Assembly (NCBI RefSeq): GCF_963921235.1
Contig: NC_086097.1
Coordinates: forward strand, 67,768,001 to 67,832,000
Direction: 5' to 3'
DNA from: Mobula hypostoma
Lineage: Eukaryota
Length of the DNA: 64,000 bases
The translations under genes and the position numbers were made by a program. Shown piece by piece: positions 50,466 to 63,250 of the stretch (position 1 is its first letter; each line of letters starts with the position of its first letter). Below the pieces are notes generated by a model, which ran no database searches, was not told where the DNA came from, and was given only the letters and a program-made list of their open reading frames with translations.

Positions 50466-51445
50466 CATAGAAACATAGAAACATAGAAAATAGGTGCAGG
50501 AGTAGGCCATTCGGCCCTTCGAGCCTGCACCGCCATTTATTATGATCATGGCTGATCATCCAACTCAGAACCCAGCCTTCCCTCCATACCCCCTGACCCC
50601 TGTAGCCACAAGGGCCATATCTAACTCCCTCTTAAACATAGCCAATGAACTGGCCTCAACAGTTTGCTGTGGCAGAGAATTCCACAGATTCACCACTCTC
50701 TGTGTGAAGAAGTTTTTCCTAATCTCGGTCCTAAAAGGCTTCCCCTCTATCCTCAAACTGTGACCCCTCGTTCTGGACCTCCCCAACATCGGAAACAATC
50801 TTCCCGCATCTAGCCTGCCCAATCCCTTTAGGATCTTATACGTTTCAATCAGATCCCCCCTCAATCTTCTAAATTCCAACAAGTACAAGCCCAGTTCATC
50901 CAGTCTTTCTTCATATGAAAGACCTGCCATCCCAGGAATCAATCTGGTGAACCTTCTTTGTACTCCCTCTATGGCAAAGATGTCTTTCCTCAGATTAGGG
51001 GACCAAAACTGCACACAATACTCCAGGTGTGGTCTCACCAAGGCCTTGTACAACTGCAGTAGTACCTCCCTGCTCCTGTACTCGAATCCTCTCGCTATAA
51101 ATGCCAGCATACCGTTCGCCTTTTTCACCGCCTGCTGTACCTGCATGCCCACTTTCAATGACTGGTGTATAATGACACCCAGGTCTCGTTGCACCTCCCC
51201 TTTTCCTAATCGGCCACCATTCAGATAATAATCTGTTTTCCCATTTTTGCCACCAAAGTGTATAACTTCACATTTATCCACATTAAATTGCATCTGCCAT
51301 GAGTTTGCCCACTCACCTAACCTATCCAAGTCACCCTGCATCCTCTTAGCATCCTCCTCACTGCTAACACTGCCACCCAGCTTCGTGTCATCCGCAAACT
51401 TGGAGATGCTGCATTTAATTCCCTCATCCAAGTCATTAATATATA
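50466..51445 (-). mobile_element. Young 5'-truncated CR1 LINE, near-identical to 7690-8662
   Basis: 288-aa ORF 50565-51431 differs from the 7782-8909 ORF at only 5 residues in the shared region. (CATAGAAA)n tail. Confidence 0.95.
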
Positions 51446-52599
51446 CTATGATTTTCCAGGAAGTGAATCAATGTTACCTATACACGCATCAAGATATACG
51501 AGATGAAAAAAAAAAGATAATTTATTTTTTTTTCACATGAATTCTGTGAAAGTGAGTTTCATTCCATATTTCAACTTTTTGGGTAATGATTGATAAATTT
51601 TCTAAGTGCTAACTTCCATTACTCAAATGGTCATAACATAGAGGGTCAATACTACATTATTGCAATGCCAGAAGTAAAGATTAAATATTGGAATACTAAA
51701 AACGGCATGAGTGATTTTATATATAAACTGAAAGCAGATGCTTTCAACTTCCCTGTTGTGATACCTGTTTGCTAGTTGTACACTAGAGTATTAGCCTTCA
51801 TCATACATCACCTTTTGACTAATATTGGGTGGCCTGGTCCCCAGCATTGGCAATGTTACAGTGTAATCTGTGAATTTGATAGAATTCCACCAACACAATT
51901 ACCCTTTGTAATCCCTTTCTGTTCTTCTCCTCCATTCTGTTAAGAAAACACATTTCCTTTGTTGTAATATCCTTGTTTATTTTGAATACTGTTGGAAACT
52001 TGTCATTTGGGACTCAAATGTGTAAACCCGGCAACCAGTCAATGTATTAAACAAGGCATTTGGACATTGTATATATTTTGGTGTATTTGTTTCCTGAGCA
52101 CTGGTTCTAACTTATAAATTCTTGTGTAGCCCTTGAAAACGCTACCCAGTCGATAGTTATCAATCCACAAAACAGACCAGTATAAAGAGATAAGAGTATA
52201 AATGGATTTAGAAATATTAAAGCTGACAAAGCCTTATTGCATTGATTCCATGGATTATAAACTCTGCCTCTTTAGCAATTTTTCTTTTACTTATTCATTT
52301 TAGAAGCACTGGACAATGCTGGCAAGGGTACTATTCATCTCTGTTTGCTCTTTGAAGGTGGCAATGAGCTACCTTCTTGATTTGTTGCTGTCTTTCTGGT
52401 GAAAGGTGGAAAAGTCGAAACTGCAAGAGTGGCAATATGTATGGGCAAGTAAGGATGGTGTGCAGTCTGCGGATGGTGGTGATGCTAGGTTGTTGCTCTT
52501 TCTCTCAGAGGTAGAGGCTGCAAATTTGAGAGATGCTTCTGGAGTAGTCTAGGCAAGTACACTGACTGCTGTGCATTGATAGTAATGTACACCATTGAT

Positions 52600-54858
52600 G
52601 GACTAGATACCGTGCTATTCCACGCCCTCACTTCGGGAAGTCTGATCACCTAGCTGCATTCTATTCCCTGGGTATAGGCAGAGACTGAAGACTGCAGCAC
52701 CAGTAGTGAGGACCAGGAAGGGATGGACAAGGGAGACACAGGAGTGCCTACAGGGCTGCTTTGAACTGGCGGACTGAAGTATTCAGGGATTCATCTTCAA
52801 ATCTGGATGAGTATGCTGCAGTTGTTACCGACTTCATTAAAACCTATGTGGATGGGTGAATGCCTACAAAGACTTACTGTACATTCCCAAACCAAAAGCC
52901 GTGAATGAACCAGGAGGTACATTGTCTGCTGAAGGCTAGATCTGTGGCATTCAAGTCTGGCAACCCAGGCCTGTACCGGAAAACCAGGTATGATTTGGGG
53001 AGGACTATTTCAAAGGTGAAGAGACAACTTTGAATGAGATTGGAGGCAACATCAGATGCAAGGCAACTCCGGCAGGGTTTGAAAGACATTTCTTCCTACA
53101 AAGCGAAAACCAATAGCATGAATGGCAGCAATGTTTCACTACCAGATGAATTCAACACCTTCTATGCTTGCTTTGAAAGGGAGAGCACAACCACAGCTGT
53201 GAAGATCCCTGCTGCACCTGATGACCCTGTGATCTCCGTCTCAGAGGCCGATGTTAGACTTCTTTAATGAGAGTGAACCCTCACAAGGCGGAAGGTCCCG
53301 ATGGAGTACCTGGTAAGGCTCTGAAAACCTGTGCCAACCAACTAGCGGGAGTATTCAAGGACATTTTCAACCTCTCACTGCTATGGGCAGAAGTTCCCAC
53401 TTGCTTCAAAAAGGCAACAATTATACCAGTTAGTTATAAAGAACGCAAGAAGAATAATGTGAGCTGCCTTAATGACTATCGCCCGGTAGCACTCACATCT
53501 ACAGTGATGAAATGCTTTGGGAGGATGGTCATGACTAGACTGAACTCCTGCCACAGCAAGGACCTGGACCCATTGCAATTTGCCTACCACCACAATAGGT
53601 CAACGGCGGATGCAATCTCAATGGCTCTCCACATGGCTTTAGACCACCTGGACAACACAAACACCTATGTCAGGATGCTGTTCATTGACTATAGCTCACC
53701 ATTTAGTACCATCATTCCCACAATCCTGATTGAGAAATTGCAGAACCTGAGCCTCTGTACCTCCCTCTGCAATTGGATCCTCAACTTTCTAACCGGAAGA
53801 TCACAATCTGTGTGGATTGGTGATAACATATCCTCCTCACTGACGATCAATACTGGTGCACCTCAGGGGTGTGTGCTTAGCCCAGTGCTCTGGCTCTCTA
53901 TATACAAATGACTGTATGGCTAGGCATAGCTCAATTACCATCTATAAATTTGGTAATGATACAACCATTGTTGGTAGGATCTCAGTTGGTGATGATAGGG
54001 CGTACAGGAGTGAGATATGCCAACTAGTGGAGTGAAGTCACAGCAACAACCTGGCACTCAACGTCAGTAAGACGAAAGAGCTGATTGTGGACTTCAGGAA
54101 GGGTAAGACGAAGAAACACATACCAATCCTCACAAAGGGGTCAGAAGTGGATAGAGTGAGCAGTTTCAAGTTTTCGGCTGTCAAGATCTCTGAGGATCTA
54201 ACCTGGTCCCAACATATCGATGTAGTTATAAAGAAGGCAAGACAGCGGCAATACTTCATGAGGAGTTTGAAGAGATTTGGCATGTCAACAAATACACTCA
54301 GACTTCTATAGATGTACTATGGAGAGCATTCTGACAGTCTGCATCACTGTCTGGTATGGAGGGGCTACTGCACAGGACTGAAAGAAGCTGCAGAAGGTTG
54401 TAAATTTAGTCAGCTCCATCTTGGGTACCAGCCTACAAAGTACCCAGGACATCTTTAAGGGCGGTGTCTCAGAAAGGCAGCGTCTATTATTAAAGACCTC
54501 CAGCACTCAGGGCATGCCCTTTTCTCACTGTTACCATCAGGTAGGAGGTACAGAAGCCTGAAGGCACACACTCAGCGATTCAGGAACAGCTTCTTCCCCT
54601 CTGCCACCCGATTCCTAAATGGACATTGAACACTTGAATACTACCTCACTTTTTTAAGTGAGGTAGTATCCAAGTGTTTTAAACCTATTCAATATACGTA
54701 TACTGTACTGTGATCAATTTACTTATTTATTTATTATTATCATTATTTTATTTCATTGATCATTTTTTCTATATTATGTATTGCATTGAACCGCTGCTGC
54801 TAAGTTAACAAATTTCACATCAGATGTCGGTGATAATAAACCTGATTCTGATCCTGAT
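52600..54858 (+). mobile_element. Long Rex1/Babar LINE (endonuclease end, RT, 3'UTR), inactivated
   Basis: ORF 53267-53911 ([10 protein letters not shown]…[10 protein letters not shown]…[13 protein letters not shown]…[11 protein letters not shown]). The catalytic motif has decayed to KFGNDTT. Several stops; (CTGATT)n tail. Confidence 0.92.
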
Positions 54859-55334
54859 TTCCCCTCTCTCCACTCAATCTAATGGCATTATGTTTATTTT
54901 GTCATGCAAGTTATGTATAATTTATGTTACATTCACTGTATATCTACTTAAGTTTGTCATGTTTGTAATATACTGTGCTGCTGCAGAGAAGTAATTTTTG
55001 TGTCATTTATACCCTGTGTATATATGTCTAAGACAATAAACTTAAACATGAATGTTCAGAGTATTGAATGGGAGGCCTCTTCGTCCTGAATATTGAGCTT
55101 CTTCAGTGTTTCTAATGTGCAACCAACCAAGCAACTGGATGTCATTCCATTAAGTTCGTTATTTGTGATGTAGAAATGCTTTGGGATGTCAGGGGGTGAA
55201 TCCCTTTCTGCAGGATATTCTCTTCTTAAAGTCACAATACTTAAATGGCTGGCAATGGATGTTGGTGTAGCGAAGTCAGCAAAGGTAATACTAGGGTAGG
55301 TGATTAGATTCTCCTTTGGATATAGTCATTGTTT

Positions 55335-55605
55335 TGTTTATTTGGAGATACAGTGTGGAATAAGCTCTTCCAGCCCTTCAAGCTGCTCCTACCTCTACCC
55401 ACCGATTTAACCCTAGACTAATCACAGGTTAATTAAAATGATCAATTAATCCACCACGTGGCAGATCTTTGGACTGCAGGAGGAATCCAGAGAACCCAAT
55501 GGAAACCTATGCACTTGTGGAGAGGGTATACAAATTTGTTGGAATTGAACTCCAAACACCAATGTCCCCGACCTGTAATAGCTTCACGTGAATCACTACA
55601 CTACC
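55335..55605 (-). mobile_element. V-SINE-type SINE
   Basis: Homologous to 38598-38873. Confidence 0.65.
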
Positions 55606-55626
55606 TTGAAGCATCTTTGTGTATGA

Positions 55627-55790
55627 AAGTTCCAAGTTCAAAGTAAATGTATTATCAAAGTACATGTATCTCACCATATACAGCCCTGAGATTCATTTTC
55701 TTGCAGGCATTCACAGTAAATACACAGAAACACACACAATAGAATCAATGAAAAACCACACACAACAAGACAGACAAATAACCAATGTGC
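55627..55790 (-). mobile_element. Rex1-type 3' tail fragment
   Basis: aagttcaaagtaaatgtattatcaaagtacatg…gagattc is the reverse complement of the tails at about 43100 and 60290. Confidence 0.6.
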
Positions 55791-58700
55791 AAATGTTACC
55801 TGCCACTTACAAAGAAGGTTACATGCCTGAATGTTGTCTAGGTCTTCCTGCACAGTGAAGCTGCTACTGGAATTGATCATGGAAAATTGATAGCAAATGA
55901 TTCAGCTTCTAAACACATGGAGGAAAGTCATGAATGGTTGAGATTAGGATACTGCCTCTCAGAAATTCATGGAGTGATGTCCCGGGATTGGGAAGATTTA
56001 CCCCCAGTAACCACAGTTATTTTCCTTTGCGCAAGGTGTGATTCTGACTACTGTTTTCCTCTCAGTGCCCATTGACTTCAGTTTTACCAAAGCTGAATCA
56101 ATGTCATGCTTACTCAAATGCTGCCTTGCAGGTCAACATATAGGACAACAAAATCAGGTGAATTGCTGTTCAGATAAGGAGGGGCTTCATATATATAATT
56201 ATTTGAAAGGCATACTAATCATCAGGATTGTATAAATATTCAAAATATGCCATTGCTCACCATATTACATTATTACTAGTATAACAAAAATTCAATGAAG
56301 GGAATTTAATCTTCTAGGGACAAACATAATATTTCCATTATATACTCAAATGTGTGCCACACCATTAGCCCTGTAGAAGATATTTACAATCTTCAGCTCT
56401 GCAGTTATAGAATATAAATAATTGCTACAACCTAATTTAAAACTGCCATATTGTTTCAGTCATAAAAACATGAAACATATGCATGTACTAAATGCAAAAT
56501 TATTAAGATATTTTTATTTTTTAAATCATTTAGGGATTCTCAATTCTTTTCAATGTTTCCTCTGCTCTGCAAATTTTGTTGGATTCAGTATAATCTGCCA
56601 GCGAAGAACCATATATTCCAGCAGTTAACTAAAAGCAAAGAGAACTATCATCTACTCAAAACTGTGATAAGGTTTAGATTTAATATTGTCCGGCAAGACA
56701 CTACACTGTTTGGTAAAAATCTCCTTGTTTCTTTGATTGATTTCAGTACCCAATAAAATGAATAATTCTAAATAATCTAAGAACAAAGACGGATATATTT
56801 GTTAATTCTTTGTTCTGAAGAAATTATCTGTTTTCCTGAATATATTTAATATTAATTTGCTGTAATCTAAAAGCCAAAATATTTTAAAAAACACAACTCG
56901 TTTTGGGAAATTAAGCTAATGTTCAAGTACTTCTTCAACCTTAAATTAGAATCTTGTATTCTTCTTTCAATTTGTTGTTTTCAATTTAGTTTCAGATAGG
57001 AGAACTTTATCATTCAAAAGCATTTTACTTTAAATAGATTCACATGTACATTAATAATGCTTGGATAAAATTAATTGACAAACTTTAAGAAACATGTAAA
57101 AAGTCTACCTGGAGGGAGGAAAAGGAATTTTCAGATGGAATGAATTACAGGTACCATCAGTAGGATAAACAATTAATAGTAAAATACTGGAGAACATATT
57201 TAAAGGAGATAACTGGGATGATCTAAGTCATTGGAGTTTTGATTTACATTTAGCTCTACTAAAATGATGCATTTGTCCACTATGCACATTTATAAATTCT
57301 ACATCCAGACTCAGTCAAAGAAAAAGGAAATATAAAAGGATTTACTAGATAGAAACATCTAGTAAAGATGGGCATTCAAATTTGAAAAGTGGAGACCGAT
57401 CACAGCAAGGATATTAAAAAGCATAAACACTTTCTATGGAACAGTATTTCACATTAAACTATAACAATGGGAGAAGAAGACACAAGTTCAAGTTAGTAAA
57501 AAAAAACAAGTGTAGGATTACTGTTATTAATTTAAATGATGATATATTTATAACTCTAAGGAGATTAGTGAATACAAAAACCTAGAATTAGTTCACATGA
57601 TGAAGGGATCAGTGAAAATTGTAATTTTACTGGATATGTTTATTAATGAGGAACAAATGAGTTTTATTACCTATATTTACTTATGATATGAGATTAGAGC
57701 AGTTGAAATGATGTTTTGTTGTAAAAACATCTTGAGTGATATAGTTTAAAAGGAGGAAATCCTCAATTCACCATTACCTTTCCATCATCCTCTACACAGT
57801 TATTTGTCAACCTGTAAGAGCTACAGTGTTTTACATTTCATGGTACAAATATTAGAAAATGTTGATACACTATTTGCAAATGATTCAGCTTACATTTATC
57901 AATACTTTGTAATAATTTTATTGATTCTTAAACATGAACAAACTCTGAATTACTTTAAAAATGTAAATAATGAACATCATTCTTTCTATAAATAAAGACT
58001 AATGTGATTGCGAAAAGGGGATAATGTCGAAAATGCCAAGAACCATCTTTTTGAAATCAAAATGCTCATAAATGCAAAAAGAACATAAAAACTATCAGAA
58101 CAGGAAAGAAGATTATTGACAACCACCTTGGCATGCATGGTGTTATTTGAAATATATAATCCAATGCAATCTTTCAAAATTGAGCTCTGTTGCACACATA
58201 CGTGGCTGCTTGCTCTTTCCATTGTTCAATCAATTTAAACCACGTAGTGATTTCCTATGTACTGCAAAAGACAGAACACTGCAATATTCATTGCTGAACA
58301 TCAGCAAGAGGTTTACACAATTTTAATTCTGGACGTTTGAAATGAGACAGGGATTATTCTCTGTCATTGCTCACGAATACTCAGCTATCTGGTTAGAACT
58401 TTGCATTGGAAATGAGTTTCATCAATCTGACTAGGGCAGGGTTAAAGCCCTTAGCAACATGCTTATTTTGTAGAAGGTCACTCAATAATAACTTCCTTTG
58501 CCCTCAAAGCTTATTAAGACTGACTGGCATATATTAATAAAAACACCTGATTTTCAGACCATAAAAGTCAGACACAGACTTATTTTAATTTTAATATTAG
58601 GAAAGAAACCCTTAATTAGCAGGGTTTCAAAATGTCAGCTTCTTCTATTAGCTGTTCTGGTCCATCAAAGGCATAATCCGGACTGTCAAATTTCATCACA

Positions 58701-59769
58701 TGATAGACAGATTTCTGCCTATCTTTTTTTATATATTGATCACACTGACTGAAGCCATGAGATTCCATAATCATATGCCCGAACATCTCCACACCAACAA
58801 TGTCTTTTTTAACCAGAGAAATACTGAAATTTGATATTGTTGTTCTGAGAGACCAATACCATGTGCACTGTACCAATCAGGTGGTTTCAAGTGGAAACAA
58901 GAGCTCAGTTCTGAAATTCCGAGCCAAGCTGGATGCAGTTGTTACTGAAGATCATTATTTAAACCCAATGACATGTCTAATGTTGCTATTTCTTTCATTT
59001 TTACTTTTCAACACAAATTTACAGTAGGGCAATTTTGACGAGCACACTTTGCATCAGACTTTACTTGCTCATTTACAGTTAATAGATTCTCCTACTCCTC
59101 TTCAGCTTCAAATATTCCAATCTGCTGTCTCATTTACAGCAGCAACTGTGCAATAAACCAGGTTGTTGATGCATTTGATCTTAGCTTACAGAAGCATTTA
59201 ACTGTGTTACACACCATGATAAATCTGATAACAGGATGTATGGATCATACAATACACAATATATTATTTGAGCATATGCTGAATTACAGATTATGGCAAT
59301 TTCCATTAAGGATTCAATTTATGATGCATTTTTTTACATTTAGAAATGTCTAATTTTCAGTTCTTGTGAGTGCTTTTTTAAAGACCTGTGAGAAAATCCT
59401 TTTGACTTGGACTCAGAAATGGTCTTAAAGAAGTAGATAGACTGCCACAAAATATATGCAGGTCAGGTTTAATCTTGATGTGCAGTGCCCACTTTGTAAA
59501 GAACAGAGAAAACCTAAAACACCCAGATATTAGATATAAAAGACAACTACAGAATTCAAAATATTTATGCCACAAAATTGGAACATTTTGAGCAACAAGG
59601 AGGGATTATGCTTACGATCATTTACTTCGATTTTTGAAGTTTTTTCAGAACAATGATATTCTTGTATTTTGTTTGAACATAAACAGTTGAGATTGTAGAT
59701 CAGAGAGCTGTGATGTTTCTCACACTACAGAAATAAACTCATTTACAAAAGAAAAGACATGTCACTTGC

Positions 59770-60590
59770 AGTGACTGGCTGGATCACAGGCTGGGAGGGA
59801 AACACCAAAGCCCTTAAACGGAAAGTCCTACAAAACGTAGTGGATACAGCCCAGTCTATCACCATTAAGCACACCTACATGGAGTGTTGTCATAGGAAAG
59901 CAGCATCCATCATCAGGGACCTCCACCACCCTGGTCCTACTCTTTTCTCACTGCTGCCATCAGAAAGAAGGTACAGGAGCCTCATGACTCACCAACAGGT
60001 TCAGGAACTGTTATTGCCCCTTAACCATCAGGATCTTGAACCAAAGAGGGTAACTTCACATGCCTCAACACTGAACAGTTCTCACAACCTATGGATTCAC
60101 TTTCAAGGACTCTTCCTCTCACGTTCTCGATATTTATGACTTGTATAGTATTATTATTTTTTTTTCTTTTTGTATTTGCAGTTTGTCTTCTGCACACTGG
60201 ATGTCTGCCCTGGTAGTGCAGCCTTTCATTGATTCTGTTATGGTTATAGCAAGAAACTGAATCTCAGGATTGTTTATGGTGACATAGATGCACTTTGATA
60301 ATAAATTTACTTTGAATTTTGAACGTGTCCTTGATGGTGAATGAGCTGGTGACAGTGATGCATTAGGCATTTTTGACTTCCTGTTGTAGAGGCTTCCCGT
60401 CTGCCATATTGCAGTTCCTATACCAAGCAGCGATGCAACTTGTTAGGATGCTCTCTACTGCACTTCTGTAGAATGACATGTGTATGGGTATGCGAAGTCC
60501 AGCTCTCTTCAGTTTCCTCAGAATTTTAACATGTTGATGAACTTTCTTGACTGTGTAGGATGTGTTCTGGGACCATGAGAGGTCCCAGAC
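59770..60590. mobile_element. Two adjacent Rex1/Babar fragments in opposite orientation (59770-60323 plus; ~60325-60590 minus)
   Basis: KAASIIRDLHHPGPTLFSLLPSERRYRS with tail, followed by minus-strand FYRSAVESILTSCIAAWYRNC. Confidence 0.8.
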
Positions 60591-61549
60591 CTCTCATGAC
60601 TGCCAAATCTCAGTATTTTTGCTCTCCGCAAAAATAATTGCAGTAGTTGATTTTCTGGGTTTTATAAAGACAAACTGAGTTTAATTTAAGTTTAGATGAA
60701 GAAACGTAAATGGTTTGCTTGAGAAAGGGAATATATAAATGTCAGTATGCATTAAGTACACTCCGAGTACAAATAACCTTCAAATTCAAGAATAAGTAGT
60801 GATCTGATTACACCATGGCTTTACTTTGAAAATGATGCTTGGAGTTGCTTGAGTTTAAGATAATAGTTTGCATTTAGATTGCAGTATACACGGGTCAACT
60901 TAATTTTGAATCAGGATCTAAGAAAATAAGACCTATGAATGTTAAGTGATGTTGGAATCATTTTAAATTAATAATAAGCTGGTGTTGTAAAAGGGCTGAT
61001 GTTACTTTGCAGCACACCACCATAAAAGTACTGTGGTTCCACAGATGAATTAGCCTGTTGTAAACCTGCAATATTATCAGTGATGTTAGAATTAGAACAG
61101 AAGAATGATGAATTTTAATAGAATAAAATGATTTAAGAAAATACCTAGCAAATAATTTTGACCAAAGAACAAAAGCACAGCCAAATAGATGCAGTGTTAA
61201 TAAGGTTTTGGACTTAGTTGATGATTATTATAATTTGAACATGCTGAGTGGAGATAACTAGAAAACAGTAGATTGAGTACTTAAGAGCAAATTTGTGGAG
61301 TCATAAATATGGGCTCCTGACATACCATTCAGTCAAAGCAATGAATGCTCTGACTAGTGTTCTACATGATGGCTCAGGGACAGAGGAGATGTACAGCATT
61401 TGGGATTGATTCACTGGAGATATTGGTAGTGCATGATTAGGGTAAAAGAGGATATCCTACCTTGGAGGTTTAAAAGGTGGGAAGAAATAAAGGACGCTAA
61501 CTTGTGCTTATCTGCCCCTCTCCATCAACAGCAGTTTTTATTCCATTTG

Positions 61550-62020
61550 GCTGCAGAAGGTTGTAAATCTAGTCAGTTCCATCTTGGGCACTAGCCTACA
61601 AAGTACCCAGGACATCTTTAGGGAGCGGTGTCTCAGAAAGGCAGTGTCCATTATTAAGGACCTCCAGCACCCAGGGTATGCCCTTTTCTCACTGTTACCA
61701 TCAGGTAGGAGATACAGAAGCCTGAAGGCACACACTCAGTGATTCAGGAACAGCTTCTTCCCCTCTGCCATCCGATTCCTAAATGGACATTGAAGCTTTG
61801 GACACCTCACTTTTTTTAAATATACATTATTCCTGTTTTTGTACATTTCTAAAAATCTATTCAATATACATAATTGATTTATTTGTTTATTTATTATTGT
61901 CTTATTTTATTTATTACTATTATTTTTCTCTCTGCTAGATTATGTATTGCATTGAACTGCTGCTGCTAAGTTAACAAATTTCTCGTCACATGTCGGTGAC
62001 AATAAACCTGATTCTGATTC
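61550..62020 (+). mobile_element. Rex1/Babar 3' end, close relative of 54388-54858
   Basis: Close match to the 54.4-54.85 kb segment. (CTGATT)n tail. Confidence 0.9.
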
Positions 62021-62259
62021 TACTCCAACTCCAAATAGACATTTAACAAAATGGCCAAGCCCAAACACCACCTTTCTCCTGATGATTCCTATTAAGTGTC
62101 CAATAAATTACAGTAGCCAAGCACTTACAATTTTGAGGTGAAATCCTCTGAGAATTTGGAAAATGAGTGTGACTTAAGTGTTGTGGTCTTGACAAACATG
62201 TTTTAATGTGCTTCACAGTCCATATTTATTCCTCCAACAGCATTGATCTGGCAAAGGAA

Positions 62260-63250
62260 CCTTTTAAATATTGAGTATAAGTAACATTTGAAATCAACAT
62301 CAAAGCTGTGTTTACACTGAAACAGCTAGTTGCTGCTGGGAGAGGACATTGGTTGAATTGCTAGCCACTGCAATACCATGCATTTTTTAATGAGTGCCAG
62401 CAGGCATTTCAAGTGGCAATTAGCTGTTTAACAAGCCTCTGGACAGCTGCTCCTGCTGCTGCCGTCAACTTGTTCACTAATATAGCAACTTCTGCTTAAT
62501 AGCAGCTAAACCATTTTGGTCAACTAATCAGTATTTAACAAAAATACATTTGCCTGTTTGAAAACAAATTTAGTATTTTGTTTGAAGGTGGCCAGTAGTA
62601 GTTGCTTTTAACCAAATTAGTTTCAAGTAAAAATGCCAAACATTCAATGCCTTTCAAGTATCTATAATAGTTAAGCATTTCTAAAGTCATTTCCTAATTT
62701 GTGACTTTTTATTACAGTGACCTAAGTTTGTATATTTTCCTACAGAAAAGAAATATTAGTCTGGTCTTTGGGAAGTCACACTGCAGTTACTGAAATCCTA
62801 CAGGACTGAGAGTGCTTGTCAGTGTCAACGACCCTTTAAACTGAATTCAAACCTAATCACTAACAAAAAAGAAACAGAAATCATGCAAATCATATTAATT
62901 TCAGCATATCCCTTGTGTGCTGGGCATAAACTACTGCCTAATTAAATATTTTTTAACGATGTGAGTAATTTTTGCCAAGGGGCGGATTCAGGGGAAAATT
63001 TAATATGAGATCACAAAAGCTGTTCCCAGCGTTGATTCTGTAAATTAATGACTATCTGCCTTATGATAAAAGCTCGCTGCCAAGAATGAAAATGAAGTCC
63101 GTAAGGCTTAGTCTATTTGCCTAATAACCAAGTGTACACAGAACAAAAGGCTAAGGCAGTTTGGAAATTTTCCATTATATTTTACACTGCTCTGTTGCCT
63201 GCATAATACATCAAATAGCAGGTGGTTTTAAATTAGAAATCATATATAAT
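62260..63250. promoter_or_regulatory. Candidate conserved enhancer block
   Basis: TE-free unique sequence with TCF ACATCAAAG (62297), FOX TGTTTAC (62309), NKX TCAAGTG (62409), CAATTA and E-box CAGCTG (62444). Confidence 0.4.

Noticed and set aside
50405..51655. Tigger-like MITE interrupted by the young CR1
   Set aside because: The putative TIRs (cagccgtcatgttacg and cataacatagaggg) are too degenerate and no clean TA duplication is visible.
54656..54678. Bona fide let-7 gene
   Set aside because: Only the first 10 nt match. It sits on the 3' arm of a 4-nt-loop hairpin inside a Rex1 UTR, unlike real let-7 precursors.
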